NCBI GenBank assembly: GCA_030587475.2
Contig: JAUQYZ020000089.1
Coordinates: forward strand, 1-64,000
From: Candidatus Sigynarchaeum calidifontis
GTDB lineage: Archaea > Asgardarchaeota > Lokiarchaeia > Sigyniarchaeales > Sigyniarchaeaceae
Reading direction: 5' to 3'
Length of the DNA stretch: 64,000 nt
Below are positions 1 through 10,208 of this stretch, one piece after another; the stretch's first letter is position 1; each line of letters begins with the position of its first letter. The position numbers and the translations under genes are program-made. The notes beneath the pieces were generated by a model, which saw only the letters and a list, made by a program, of their open reading frames with translations, ran no database searches and had not been told where the DNA came from.

Positions 1-4
1 AATA

Positions 5-30
5 GATGGATGGATGGATGGATGAATGAA
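5..30. repeat. (GATG)5 tetranucleotide microsatellite with degenerate AATG tail
   Basis: gatggatggatggatggatgaatgaa read directly at the window start. Confidence 0.85.
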
Positions 31-747
31 ACGCCGCACGTGCGACGATCTTGTGGAAGTCTACGAAGGAAAATGCTAAGAAAATATATAAGATCGAATG
101 AAATCCGTATTAAATGATAGATGCACGAGGTGAACTCGTGTGGGATGGATAAAGCAAGCAATGTCATCTCTTTTTCCATAATTTCTACATGTTCTATTGC
201 TGCAAGCGCGAGGTTCCTGATCGATAATAAGGGAACGCATATTGACGAGAGAGACCTACCACGATCCATTCCGTTTTCTTGTTCGTGCTCGGTACTTGTT
301 TCAGCCACCATCACATGCCAATAGCTGAAGCTGCAGGAATCATCTTCATCTCCCTTCAGGAGATGCCATCATCGCGATGGCCTTCAATTGTCTCTCCATC
401 GGGTTTCACTCGTTTTATATCGTCGCGGGCGTTTTCTTCATGATGTATGCTCTCTCGTGATAATGCCCTTGCTTTTTGGCTACCTCTGCCGGTGCCTTTC
501 CAGTGTGGGGAAAAAAAGGAAGTGTGAAACTTGGTTAGTCTTGTCATCCCGTGAACCGACCAGGATGGCTTCTTAAGCCGCTATCAAGAGCTCGATGTAA
601 TCTTTATATATGTAGGTTTTTCTACCATTCTCCAGACCCTCGGATTCTTGTTTCTTATCTACGCGAGCCTTTCGGTAATCGAGAAGTCAATTTCCAGCAA
701 TTCAAGAATATCCTAATGGTAATCAGAACAAGCCAAGGGGAAAACAC

Positions 748-1566
748 GTGAACAAGGAAAAAGAAAGGAACGGCAACATCATCACCGTCGATGGATTGAA
801 GAAACGATTTGGTAGCGTGAAGGCAGTTGACGGCATAACATTTCAAGTTCATCCCGGGGAGGTGTTCGGCCTCCTCGGGCCGAATGGCGCAGGAAAGACA
901 ACGACGATCAAGGTCTTGCTCGGCTTGCTAGAGCCCACGGAAGGCAACGTGCGGGTGCTCGGGCTCGATCCTCTCAAGGACGACGTGCAGATCAAGCAAC
1001 GGATAGGCTACGTCGCGGAGGAACCGCAGATCTACAAAGCTCTCACGCCCCTCGAGCTGTTCGAGTTCATTGCATCGGTGCGGAGGCTGGACGGGGCACA
1101 AGTGACCGCCAAGGCGAAAGAATATATGGAAAGCCTAGGAGCATCCGAATATTTCAACCGCAACATCGCGACGCTATCCCGCGGGAACAAGCAAAAAGTG
1201 CAGATCATCTCCGCCTTGCTGCACGATCCGCCCCTCCTGATCATGGACGACCCGCTGCTTGGCCTCGACGCGAAGACCGTGAAGGTCGTGAAAGAAATCA
1301 TCGATTTGCACACGAAACGCGGCGGTGCGGTCATTTTTTCCACACACGTCATGGAAGTCGCCCAGGAGCTATGCCACAGGATCGCCATCATCAACAAGGG
1401 AACGATCGTGGGCATGGGCACGTTTGAAGAGCTTCGCAAGCAGGCGAACAAGGCCGGAGCGAACCTCGAGGACGTGTTCTTGCGCCTCACCGAGCAAGAC
1501 GAGTCCGTGAATGCCATAATCGCCAAGTTGCGTGAATCATTCAATCACGAGGAAAAACGCTCTTGA
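748..1566 (+). CDS. ABC transporter ATP-binding protein (CcmA/DrrA-like exporter family)
   Basis: Walker A GPNGAGKTT, signature LSRGNKQKV, Walker B LLIMDDP (D in place of the usual E), H-loop STH. Confidence 0.95.
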   Translation: MNKEKERNGNIITVDGLKKRFGSVKAVDGITFQVHPGEVFGLLGPNGAGKTTTIKVLLGLLEPTEGNVRVLGLDPLKDDVQIKQRIGYVAEEPQIYKALTPLELFEFIASVRRLDGAQVTAKAKEYMESLGASEYFNRNIATLSRGNKQKVQIISALLHDPPLLIMDDPLLGLDAKTVKVVKEIIDLHTKRGGAVIFSTHVMEVAQELCHRIAIINKGTIVGMGTFEELRKQANKAGANLEDVFLRLTEQDESVNAIIAKLRESFNHEEKRS

Positions 1567-1576
1567 GGTGATGAAC

Positions 1577-3322
1577 ATGGGAGGGAAAAAAGCGAGCCTC
1601 TATAACATTGCCAGCAAGGTGCGGGACGAGGCATTTCTCGAAGGCCAACTCCAGTTCGCCGGCAGTAACCAAGCACGAGTCCTCGAGCGGCTCGAGAAGA
1701 ACAGGAACGATGCCAAGCGCCAGCAGCTGGCCTTGAAACTAGTGTATAGTGCCGTGCTTGGTTTTCTCCCGATCGTGCCCCTCTACGCTTATTTTCAAGT
1801 GACAGATATTCTCAAGGGAAGCATGATACCCGTGGACATCCTCGTGTTTATTTCCGTGATGCTCCTCGTGATCTATTTTGGCATGGTCGCGATGTACTTG
1901 TTCATCCTGGGCGTGCAATCCGTGAGCGGGTTCATGTCCGGGGAAGCATTCGAATGGCTCGAAGTGCTGCCGATCCCGAGGAAAGATCTCCAGAAAATCG
2001 CGTTTGTCGTGCTATGGCGCGCCTTCGACGTTCCCATCATAGTCGTCGTGTTGGCTTTCCCTACCATAATGGCCGTGGTAACAGGAAGTGTCATCGTGTT
2101 TTTCACGTGCTTGGTCGCTTCCATCTTGAATGGACTTTTCCTTTTCTGCATCGTCGTCCTGATCGCAGAAAAGTTCAACCGCGTTCTCAAGGGCGGCGAG
2201 ACGAATTCTCGCAAGGCGAGCGCTATTCGAGTCTTCGCCATGCTCGGCGCCGTCATTGCCATGAGCTCGACCGGCCTCGTCATCAACGTGGTGATGCGGT
2301 CTATGGAAACAATTATTTCGAGCTTCGCGGGCTTGCAAGATGCGAGCACGGTCAACGTGCTCATCAGCTTGATCCCGTTTCCATTCGCCGCAAGCTTTCT
2401 CGTTTCCTTCGCCATCTTGCCCACCATTGCGACATCGACGCCCTTGATCTTATCGAGCGTGCTTGGCATCTTGATCCTGGCCCTTCTTACATGGTTGTTG
2501 TATCGCCGCGTGCTGGGAAAGCTGCGGAGCATCACCTCGCATGCCGCACGAACGACACCTGATGCTGTCAAGGAATCCACGAAGATCCTCGTGGTGCGAG
2601 ACATCAAGCCGGTTACCCCCGTCAAGGCCTTCATGCGCAAGGATCTCGCTTCGATCACGAGGGATTTCCAGGGTGCAATATACCTGTTCATGCCCCTTGT
2701 GTATCCCTTTGTCATATTTCTCCCGTCAATGCAAGGCTTGCAGTCGATAACCGGCGTGGATCTCTTCATCTTCGCGATGCTGTTATTGGTCATTCTCGTC
2801 GTGATGAACGCGGGCATGCTAGTTACCGGTTTGCTCAGCATAGATGATTCGGGCGCATCGATCATCGCATCGCTGCCCGTGATACCGCGGGATCAAGCAA
2901 AAGCGAAATTGAAGATCATATGCACTGTGCAGCTCGCTTCATCGTTGCTCTCCATCATCTTCTCGGTAGGTGTCCCGGAAGCACTTCCTCTCATGGCATT
3001 TTTCCTTGGATACTGCCCCGTGAGCGTAACCGTCGCGATGGTGACGTTCGCAGCGAAAGTGCGACTTTTCGGAAAGATGCGATACAAGTACGTGCTCGAT
3101 GAGGTCAACGTGGAAAGGAAGGCACTCAAGTGGGTAGCCATTCTAGGCATAGACAGCGCATTACTGGGGGGGCTGTTCTTCTTGACAATTTTTGCAGGAC
3201 CAGTTGCCGGAACCTGGGGAATTGTCTTGATGATATCTGCCGCAGGTGGCATTGGATTCGTGCTGATCTTGAGCATCCTCAACGCGATGTTTCCCAAGAT
3301 GCAAGCCAAGAACGTCGGGTAG
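1577..3322 (+). CDS. Multi-pass membrane protein, putative ABC exporter permease
   Basis: About 14 hydrophobic segments in two halves; directly follows the ABC ATPase; GAGGTG RBS at 1565-1570 favours the ATG at 1577 or 1571. Confidence 0.8.
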   Translation: MGGKKASLYNIASKVRDEAFLEGQLQFAGSNQARVLERLEKNRNDAKRQQLALKLVYSAVLGFLPIVPLYAYFQVTDILKGSMIPVDILVFISVMLLVIYFGMVAMYLFILGVQSVSGFMSGEAFEWLEVLPIPRKDLQKIAFVVLWRAFDVPIIVVVLAFPTIMAVVTGSVIVFFTCLVASILNGLFLFCIVVLIAEKFNRVLKGGETNSRKASAIRVFAMLGAVIAMSSTGLVINVVMRSMETIISSFAGLQDASTVNVLISLIPFPFAASFLVSFAILPTIATSTPLILSSVLGILILALLTWLLYRRVLGKLRSITSHAARTTPDAVKESTKILVVRDIKPVTPVKAFMRKDLASITRDFQGAIYLFMPLVYPFVIFLPSMQGLQSITGVDLFIFAMLLLVILVVMNAGMLVTGLLSIDDSGASIIASLPVIPRDQAKAKLKIICTVQLASSLLSIIFSVGVPEALPLMAFFLGYCPVSVTVAMVTFAAKVRLFGKMRYKYVLDEVNVERKALKWVAILGIDSALLGGLFFLTIFAGPVAGTWGIVLMISAAGGIGFVLILSILNAMFPKMQAKNVG

Positions 3323-3737
3323 ATGCTTCAGCCTCGAAGTGGGCACGACGAGGAACGTGCAAAGAAGCTTTCGCTATCGGTCATTTGGTATGTCTTTTTT
3401 TTTCCATTCCAAATAACAAGCACGTGATGTTGCTTTTCACCAATAACCATCAATAATGATATCATTGCTTCCATCGCCAGCATCGTGAACGCGAGAGCGA
3501 CAAGATCGACCGGTTATGGCCTTTATACCCATTCACGTGGCTTTTTTCTTCCGGTGAATGTATCGATCTCTACCTCCTTCATTCTCTTCGTCCCTTCCAT
3601 CGTGATATTTATATGGGATTCAAGGATATAAACCATGAGGCATTGTAGCATCGCACCGCTGGAGTTCTCGATGGAAACGCACGTGCAAGCCATGTCCATG
3701 TTCATCAACCAGGATCGCGCTTAGAACGGGGAATGAA

Positions 3738-5009
3738 GTGAATATGGATCAAGCCAAGAAACAAATGGATTTCTTTTCGGTTACCGGCATAAATAACTAC
3801 GAATCCAGGAACCACCTTGCCACCATCGACACGCTGCGCGGGATTTCCGTTGTCTTGATGCTCCACATGCATTGCGCGCTTGCTTGGCACTCCAGTGAAT
3901 GGTCCGCACTTTCCCGATTAATGTTTTACACGACAGACTTCGTTGCACCCGCTTTGTACACGATCATGTCGATTCTTGCCAACATGATCAGCCTGGAATC
4001 TCGTCGTGGTCAAGGGGGCAAGTATTCGCTTTCTCGGGGTGCCGCGCTGCGAGCTTCTTTCTTGTTCATGTACGGGGAATCGTTGAACATCCTCACTTTT
4101 AACCGGCTCGGTTGGTACTCGTTAACAACGTGGAATGTCATCCTTGTAATCGCCGTGTTCACGTTAATCTTGCCGTCGTTACTCAAGATCAAGCCCGTCA
4201 TTCGCATCGCGATCGCCGCGTGCATTGCCATCGTGTATTTCTGGGTGGTCGACCTCGCCATGACCCACATGGCCGGAATTCCAATCGATATAAATAACGT
4301 TCAAGCCGCAAACCTTGTAAACCCGGCCACGTTGCCTTACTGGCTTCTCTTTTACCATGATATGATGACCCCCATCTTCTCGTGGATGATCATCCCGCTC
4401 GTGGTTCCCTTGGTCTTCAGCCGCTTTGTCAAGGTTCTCGTCGCTGGTGAACGACATCGATGGGTGCACGAGATCAAGCGGATTGCAGGGATAGGATCAT
4501 TGTTCGTCTTGATAGGCGTCGTTACAGGGCTATGGCGCATTCCCGACTACGTGATAAGGAATCATGTCCAGCTCACGACACCGGACGCGTATTTCACGTG
4601 GCCATTTCCGGATGGAGAGCCGCTATTCTTGATCCGCCACACGCCCCAGTACATGATTTACAACACGGGCATGGTATGCCTGCTCTTCTCGCTGGTCGCG
4701 TACATCCAGCTCCCGACGGGGAAAAGACTGCCTTTTCAAGGTATTTTGATTAGCCTCGGTAAAATGTCCCTCACGGGCTTCAACTTGAGTCTATATGCAT
4801 TCATAATTCCACTATCCTTCTCTCTGCCGGTCTTCTACATCATCGTAATCCCCGGTATCGTGCTCGTCACGTGGCTCTTTCACGCGTGGTACACGAAAGG
4901 GCGCGGGATCGGCAGCCTCGAATGGTTGATGCACATCCATGTCAATACCATTTCCTATTACCTCGATAGATATCGGAAATCGAGACGCACGTTGTCATTT
5001 TCATCATAA
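3738..5009 (+). CDS. DUF1624/HGSNAT-like membrane acyltransferase family protein (paralog 1)
   Basis: N-terminal IDTLRGISVVLMLHMH motif, about 10 TM segments, C-terminal GSLEWLM (DUF418-like). Confidence 0.7.
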   Translation: MNMDQAKKQMDFFSVTGINNYESRNHLATIDTLRGISVVLMLHMHCALAWHSSEWSALSRLMFYTTDFVAPALYTIMSILANMISLESRRGQGGKYSLSRGAALRASFLFMYGESLNILTFNRLGWYSLTTWNVILVIAVFTLILPSLLKIKPVIRIAIAACIAIVYFWVVDLAMTHMAGIPIDINNVQAANLVNPATLPYWLLFYHDMMTPIFSWMIIPLVVPLVFSRFVKVLVAGERHRWVHEIKRIAGIGSLFVLIGVVTGLWRIPDYVIRNHVQLTTPDAYFTWPFPDGEPLFLIRHTPQYMIYNTGMVCLLFSLVAYIQLPTGKRLPFQGILISLGKMSLTGFNLSLYAFIIPLSFSLPVFYIIVIPGIVLVTWLFHAWYTKGRGIGSLEWLMHIHVNTISYYLDRYRKSRRTLSFSS

Positions 5010-5155
5010 ACCAGAAAATCTAATGTAACAAGCCAGATCTCGTGATGTAGAATGCCGCGATCTTGTGCAAATTGGTATTGTTTAAGGATGATTTACCGCA
5101 CCACAACATTTTACCCGGCACGATTTGTAGATAGCGAGATTAAAGTGATGATATC

Positions 5156-6496
5156 TTGGCAGAAGACTTAAAACGGGTTGAAATGAATTCAACAAACAAG
5201 ATTCGCTCGGGGACATTCCCCAAAACTCTTGCCTGGGCAATCAATCGCGATGCCCGGCCCCGCGTGCCCACGATCGACACGCTGCGCGGCATCTCTATCA
5301 TCATGGTGCTCTACATACATCTCGCGGGCGCATGGAGGGCCCCGGATTGGTCGACCCTCTTGCGACTGCAATGGTACGCAACTGAGTTTTTCGGGCCAGC
5401 GATGTTCATCACGATCTCCCTTGTCGGTAACATGGTGAGCCACTTCGCGCGTAAAAATCGTGATAGCGGCGATCAATCGATGCCCATGAACCGGCGACCG
5501 CTCGCTTTACCACGCAAGTTGTTGCTGAGAAGCTCTTTCTTATTCATCGTTGGCGAGTGCATCAACGCCATTTTCACGGGACGATTGGGTTTGCTTCATC
5601 TCACGGGCTGGAACATGATAACCACTATTGCATTGTTTGGGCTCTTGATTCCGGTCATGTTGCGAATACCCAAGATAGCACGATTGCTATTAGCCGCGAG
5701 TATCTTGCTCGCATATTACCCGATAATGAACTGGTCCATCGCGCCACTCGATCCATTCGATATCGATTTGCTATGGATCTCTCCGGAAAAATTTGCGGAT
5801 CCACGCGTGCTCGTGTATTGGTTCCTTTTCTTCCACGACATGATGGCACCCGTGTTTTCCTGGCTCGCCGTTCCACTTATCGCCTCGGTGGTCTTTGAAA
5901 GTATGGTTTCTAAGCTAACAAATGGAGACAGCAAAAAAATTGGCCGCGAATCGGCACGCGTGGCACTCGTTGGTGTTGCAATGATCTTGATCGGAATCGT
6001 TTCCGGTTTCCAGATCGCTCCGGACTACGTCGGTAGATTGAACACGGAGATCGCCACGCCTGATGCGTACATCCAATGGCCATGGGCAGGTGTTTTCATT
6101 TTCTGGATCAAAAGCACGCCACAATACATCGTCTACAATTTGGGCATTGTTTTTCTCGCGTTCAGTGCATTCTCATACGTGCAAATAGGGAAAAAGAGAG
6201 TTCTACCCGGCGAGAATTTCGTGAACAGTTGCGGGCGTTTTTCGCTAACGATCTTCATCGCCAGCTATATCCTCTCGCAAATTCCTCTCGAGCTTCCCCT
6301 TCCCTTGTTTTACATCTTGGCAATACCCATCATCATCTCCATTACCTGGGTCACGAGAGCATGGGAAAAACATTTGAGTGGCGTCGGCTCGATCGAGTGG
6401 ATGATGAACGTACACGTCGTTACAATCTCCTTCCTTTTAGACAAAATGAAAGAGAGAAAGAAAGGGCAGAAGACCGATCCGAAGTTGGATTTATAA
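5156..6496 (+). CDS. DUF1624/HGSNAT-like membrane acyltransferase family protein (paralog 2)
   Basis: IDTLRGISIIMVLYIH, FHDMMAPVFSW, TPDAY, TPQY and GSIEWMM motifs shared with the upstream paralog. Confidence 0.7.
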   Translation: MAEDLKRVEMNSTNKIRSGTFPKTLAWAINRDARPRVPTIDTLRGISIIMVLYIHLAGAWRAPDWSTLLRLQWYATEFFGPAMFITISLVGNMVSHFARKNRDSGDQSMPMNRRPLALPRKLLLRSSFLFIVGECINAIFTGRLGLLHLTGWNMITTIALFGLLIPVMLRIPKIARLLLAASILLAYYPIMNWSIAPLDPFDIDLLWISPEKFADPRVLVYWFLFFHDMMAPVFSWLAVPLIASVVFESMVSKLTNGDSKKIGRESARVALVGVAMILIGIVSGFQIAPDYVGRLNTEIATPDAYIQWPWAGVFIFWIKSTPQYIVYNLGIVFLAFSAFSYVQIGKKRVLPGENFVNSCGRFSLTIFIASYILSQIPLELPLPLFYILAIPIIISITWVTRAWEKHLSGVGSIEWMMNVHVVTISFLLDKMKERKKGQKTDPKLDL

Positions 6497-7207
6497 CCAG
6501 ATCAAGTGGTCAAGCAAGCCTTTAACGCGGGCATGTTGATGGACGAGCGGTATCTTGCCCGCGTCCGTCGCCGCGTGTGCATCCGAGCCGAGGGTAAACC
6601 GTGGCATCGTGAGCCCTTGCTCGTGGACAGTAGCCAGCACGAGATCCAGGCCGTTCTTGTGCGCGGGCGAGAGCTTTGCCTCGTTCAGCTCCAGGCCAAT
6701 GTTGTGGCGGACGATCAAGTCGACCTTCTCGACCAGCATGCTGAATTCCGGGTGGGAGATCACGACCGGCATCCCCTTCATGCCGAGATCGTGAAGCACC
6801 TCGCGAATGGCGATCGCCACCTCGACCGGGCCCGCGTCGTCCCGGCCCTCGATGAGGACGATGTCGAGCTCGTCACAGAAGGGAGCGACGTGATCGCGGA
6901 ATGATGCCTTGTACTCGTGCGAAGTGGTACAAAACTCGATGCCTGCGTGCACGGAGACGCCGAGCTTGGTCAGGGCATGCTCGCTGATTCTTCCAATCGC
7001 ATCGATATACGATCGAAGGTTGTCACGGCCGCGGAACTCGGGCACGAAGGCAAAATTTCCATCCTGGTCGACGTGATCCGTAATAGCGACCTCTGCGCAA
7101 CCGGCAGCCGCGCATACCCTGGCAACAGACAGCGGCGTGCTCTCGCCATCGCTGAAGGTCGTGTGTACGTGATAATCTTGCGGCGCGGTCATGTCCACGA
7201 TGCTCAC
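6491..7207 (-). CDS. PHP-domain metallo-phosphoesterase (histidinol-phosphatase-like family)
   Basis: DYHVHT, ITDH, GIE and GSDAH metal-binding motifs. Confidence 0.9.
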   Translation of the reverse strand: MSIVDMTAPQDYHVHTTFSDGESTPLSVARVCAAAGCAEVAITDHVDQDGNFAFVPEFRGRDNLRSYIDAIGRISEHALTKLGVSVHAGIEFCTTSHEYKASFRDHVAPFCDELDIVLIEGRDDAGPVEVAIAIREVLHDLGMKGMPVVISHPEFSMLVEKVDLIVRHNIGLELNEAKLSPAHKNGLDLVLATVHEQGLTMPRFTLGSDAHAATDAGKIPLVHQHARVKGLLDHLIWL

Positions 7208-7234
7208 CAGGGATGCTCAAGAGCGCCATGCCGG

Positions 7235-8563
7235 TTATTTAATCACAGACCAACCGGCGATGCGAGTGAATATCTCGAACGGCCTCGAATAATCGCCGTA
7301 AACGACGGAAACGTGGTGGGCGATGCCGTTCATGACGATCTTGTCGAGCACGTCACGGACGCTGCCATCAAATTCGACCTTCGCATACGTGCCCTTGAGC
7401 TCCTTGGCCATGGGCACGGCCCTCGCGCTTTGCAAGAACACGCGATATGCGCCCTGGCAATAGTCGATCCGCGCGATCGAGATGGCACCAGGCTTCAAGA
7501 CAAAATCAGCGGTCACTCCCTTCCCGCCCGCATGGTATGTTTCGAGTGAACACTCGGACTTGCCATCCCACGTGTTGCACGGCGCGACGCCGCAATGCCA
7601 GAGCAGCGCAAAGTTTTTCACGATGTTCACTTGCGAGAAGTCGGCGAGGTATGGCGTTTCACCGCCGATCGCAGCATGCGCGATCATGGTAAGCGCCCCG
7701 AGCACGTCACCCTCGCATGCCATGATCTTACCTTCCGATTGCAGCAGCGACATGGCCGCGCACGGGGCGATGCCATACGTGGCTGCAAACTCCGGCCAGC
7801 AGCGGATCGCCAGGGCAGTCAAATTGTTTCGGGTCATAAACACGTCGATCTTTGCCGCGAGCGACGCTACCTTATCTAATTGCGTGCTGGAAAGCGAATC
7901 AACCTTGAACACGACCATGAGCCGTTTACGTTGCAGCGCAATTTGCTCCGGAGTAATATCGATATTAAAAATATCCGCGAGCTCATAGTGATCGATCAAC
8001 ACCCCTGTCATGCGGTAGAGATCGGGCTCGTCAACATCGAGATTGAAGAACCCGTGCGCCCGGTACCCAGCAATGCCAATCCGCGCACTCTTGAACGACG
8101 CCTTAATGCGGAGCGCGTCGATCCACGCGCTATCAATCGAATCCCCGATGACCACGTGGTAATCGCGCGTGCCAGCCTTGTAGAGATTGGAAGCGTCGAG
8201 GTTCACGCCACACACGGAATTGAGCCGGATCTTTCCGCCGTTGTAGGGCAGCTCGTCCAGGCCCCAAAGCAAGATGGGTACGCGCAAGGCCTTGTTGAAG
8301 ATCAACGCAAGGTGCCCGAGATGGAACGTGCCCGCGATGAGGACGAGCCCGTCGAGTTGTCTCGTTGCAAGCTCGTTGGCTGCCTTTTCCGCATCGGGGA
8401 TCTCGATTACCAAGGAATCGATGAAATGCCACGTGACGTTCTCGATGGCTTCCAAGTCCGCCTTTATCTTGGCATAGATCTCGCCTGCAGCTTCGAAATC
8501 GAACGTCTTCCGCGCGAGGCAAGCAACACCGATGCTGACAGGATATCTCGCCATGTTTTTCAC
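7235..8563 (-). CDS. L-fucose/L-arabinose isomerase-family protein, probable sulfoquinovose isomerase (SqvD/SftI-like)
   Basis: Fucose-isomerase family motifs IRCWPE, ACEGD, WHCG, GIAHH; ARKTFD and GGKIRLNS motifs recalled from SqvD; operon context. Confidence 0.7.
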   Translation of the reverse strand: MKNMARYPVSIGVACLARKTFDFEAAGEIYAKIKADLEAIENVTWHFIDSLVIEIPDAEKAANELATRQLDGLVLIAGTFHLGHLALIFNKALRVPILLWGLDELPYNGGKIRLNSVCGVNLDASNLYKAGTRDYHVVIGDSIDSAWIDALRIKASFKSARIGIAGYRAHGFFNLDVDEPDLYRMTGVLIDHYELADIFNIDITPEQIALQRKRLMVVFKVDSLSSTQLDKVASLAAKIDVFMTRNNLTALAIRCWPEFAATYGIAPCAAMSLLQSEGKIMACEGDVLGALTMIAHAAIGGETPYLADFSQVNIVKNFALLWHCGVAPCNTWDGKSECSLETYHAGGKGVTADFVLKPGAISIARIDYCQGAYRVFLQSARAVPMAKELKGTYAKVEFDGSVRDVLDKIVMNGIAHHVSVVYGDYSRPFEIFTRIAGWSVIK

Positions 8564-9444
8564 TTGCTCGCGCGCTGCCGCGCGCTTTTCTCGACGATCT
8601 TGATAGACGCGGAGAAATCTTCTTTCCCCAAGTTCTCGTCCATCCCCACGTTGTAAATCCCGCGAACATAGTTTGCGACTTCTAGACTCAAGCCCAGGCT
8701 TCTCGCGTAATCGATAATCAAGTTCATGTCTTTGGCCATGTGCTCGAAGGGAAACTTAGGAGTGAAGTCCCGCGCTTTGATCGTGGCGGCTTTCGAGTCC
8801 AGGTAGAAGTTCTGCCCCCCGCCATAGGATATTGCCTTGACTACCGCGTCCATGTCGAGCCCTGCAGCACTGGCCAGGACGAGCATCTCGTTCACGCCGT
8901 TTTGAATTTCGCCAACAAGCATATTGTGGCACAGTTTCATCGCGAGGCCCGATCCGTTCGGCCCCATGTGGATGATGTTCTTGCCCATGCATTGGAGAAG
9001 AGGAATGACCGCATCGAACGTGTTTTTATCACCGCCCACGAGGATCCCGAGGTCACCAGATATCGCGGCGGCCTTGCTCTTCACGACGGGCGCGTCGATC
9101 ATCGTGCCTCCCTTTTCCCGCACCTTGCTGGCGAGCTCCCTTGACACGACGGGGGAAATGGTGCTCATATCGATGACGACCGTTCCGGGCCGCATCACCG
9201 GGAGAATCTGGCCGATCACGTCGCGCACGTTCTTGTTGCTCGGCACCATTATGATGATATGCGTGGCTTTGCCGGCGAGTTCGGCGACGGAACCGCACGG
9301 TTTCCCGCCAATCTTGGCCATCTTTTCTACTTGCGCCTTGTCAATGTCATAAACGAACGTTTCGTGTCCTGCCTTGATGATCCGCTCCGACATTGACTCG
9401 CCCATGATGCCGAGCCCGATGAATCCTACCGTGAACTTGTCCAT
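8560..9444 (-). CDS. NAD(P)-dependent beta-hydroxyacid dehydrogenase, probable sulfolactaldehyde reductase (SftR/YihU-like)
   Basis: GFIGLGIMG Rossmann motif, catalytic K in MKLCHN; substrate loop DAPVVKS in place of DAPVSGG. Confidence 0.7.
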   Translation of the reverse strand: MDKFTVGFIGLGIMGESMSERIIKAGHETFVYDIDKAQVEKMAKIGGKPCGSVAELAGKATHIIIMVPSNKNVRDVIGQILPVMRPGTVVIDMSTISPVVSRELASKVREKGGTMIDAPVVKSKAAAISGDLGILVGGDKNTFDAVIPLLQCMGKNIIHMGPNGSGLAMKLCHNMLVGEIQNGVNEMLVLASAAGLDMDAVVKAISYGGGQNFYLDSKAATIKARDFTPKFPFEHMAKDMNLIIDYARSLGLSLEVANYVRGIYNVGMDENLGKEDFSASIKIVEKSARQRASK

Positions 9445-9457
9445 CGTCGATACACCA

Positions 9458-10126
9458 TCATTGCTTGCCTATTTCCGTCCCGTCCCACGCGTCCTGGAAA
9501 AGCTTCAGGCCCTTGTCGGTGAAAGGGTGCGAGAAGCTGTCCTTGTAAACATCCATCGATGCTGTCACGATGTCCGCGCCGGCGAGCGCTGCATCGACAA
9601 TTTGACGGCCAGAACGTACCGCTGCCACGATGATCTCGGTCTCGAATCCGTAATACTGGTAGATCTCTGCGATCTTGGAGATGAAATCCTCGGTTGGCGT
9701 GCCCGCTGCCTCGTGCCAGCCGACAAAGGGAGAGCAATACGTGCAGCCGATGCGAGCCGCTTGGATGGCCTGTGACGGGGAAAACACGAGCGTGAGGTTT
9801 ACCCGTATATCATCCTCGACGAGTTTCTTGGCCGCCACGAGACCTTGCTCCGTGCACGGGATCTTGATAACGAAGTTCTCCGACATCGGCGCGATCTTTT
9901 TTGCCTCGGCGATCATGTCGGCAGACTTGTCTAGATGCGGGTTGATCTCGACCGAGATCGGAAATTCCTTTCCATTGAATTCTTGGGCAATCTCCTTGAT
10001 GACGGTGAAGAAGGGCTTGCCAGATGCTCTGATATGACGTGGATTCGTGGTCACGCCATCGATGCCCCAATTCTCGTGGGCATATTTTATTTCATCGAGC
10101 TTTGCAGAGTCAAGAAAATATTTCAT
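9458..10126 (-). CDS. Transaldolase/FSA-family protein, probable 6-deoxy-6-sulfofructose transaldolase (SqvA/SftT-like)
   Basis: FLDSA, GVTTNPRH, Schiff-base K in VIKIP, SPFVGW, AAVRS; TNPR Arg and VGW Trp replace the canonical TNPS/T and VGR. Confidence 0.8.
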   Translation of the reverse strand: MKYFLDSAKLDEIKYAHENWGIDGVTTNPRHIRASGKPFFTVIKEIAQEFNGKEFPISVEINPHLDKSADMIAEAKKIAPMSENFVIKIPCTEQGLVAAKKLVEDDIRVNLTLVFSPSQAIQAARIGCTYCSPFVGWHEAAGTPTEDFISKIAEIYQYYGFETEIIVAAVRSGRQIVDAALAGADIVTASMDVYKDSFSHPFTDKGLKLFQDAWDGTEIGKQ

Positions 10127-10208
10127 CAGTCAACAGCTCCAGAACGGTTGCTTTTCGTGTTGGAAATTGATGCGATCAATTGATATTTTTCGATAAGCAA
10201 TACCTATT

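Noticed and set aside
121-751. Short ORFs at the window start
   Set aside because: No motifs; at most a degraded membrane-protein fragment around 360-460.
3340-3708. Minus-strand 61-aa ORF with a hydrophobic continuation after two TAA stops
   Set aside because: Possibly a remnant, but no family is recognisable and the stops are TAA, not recodable.
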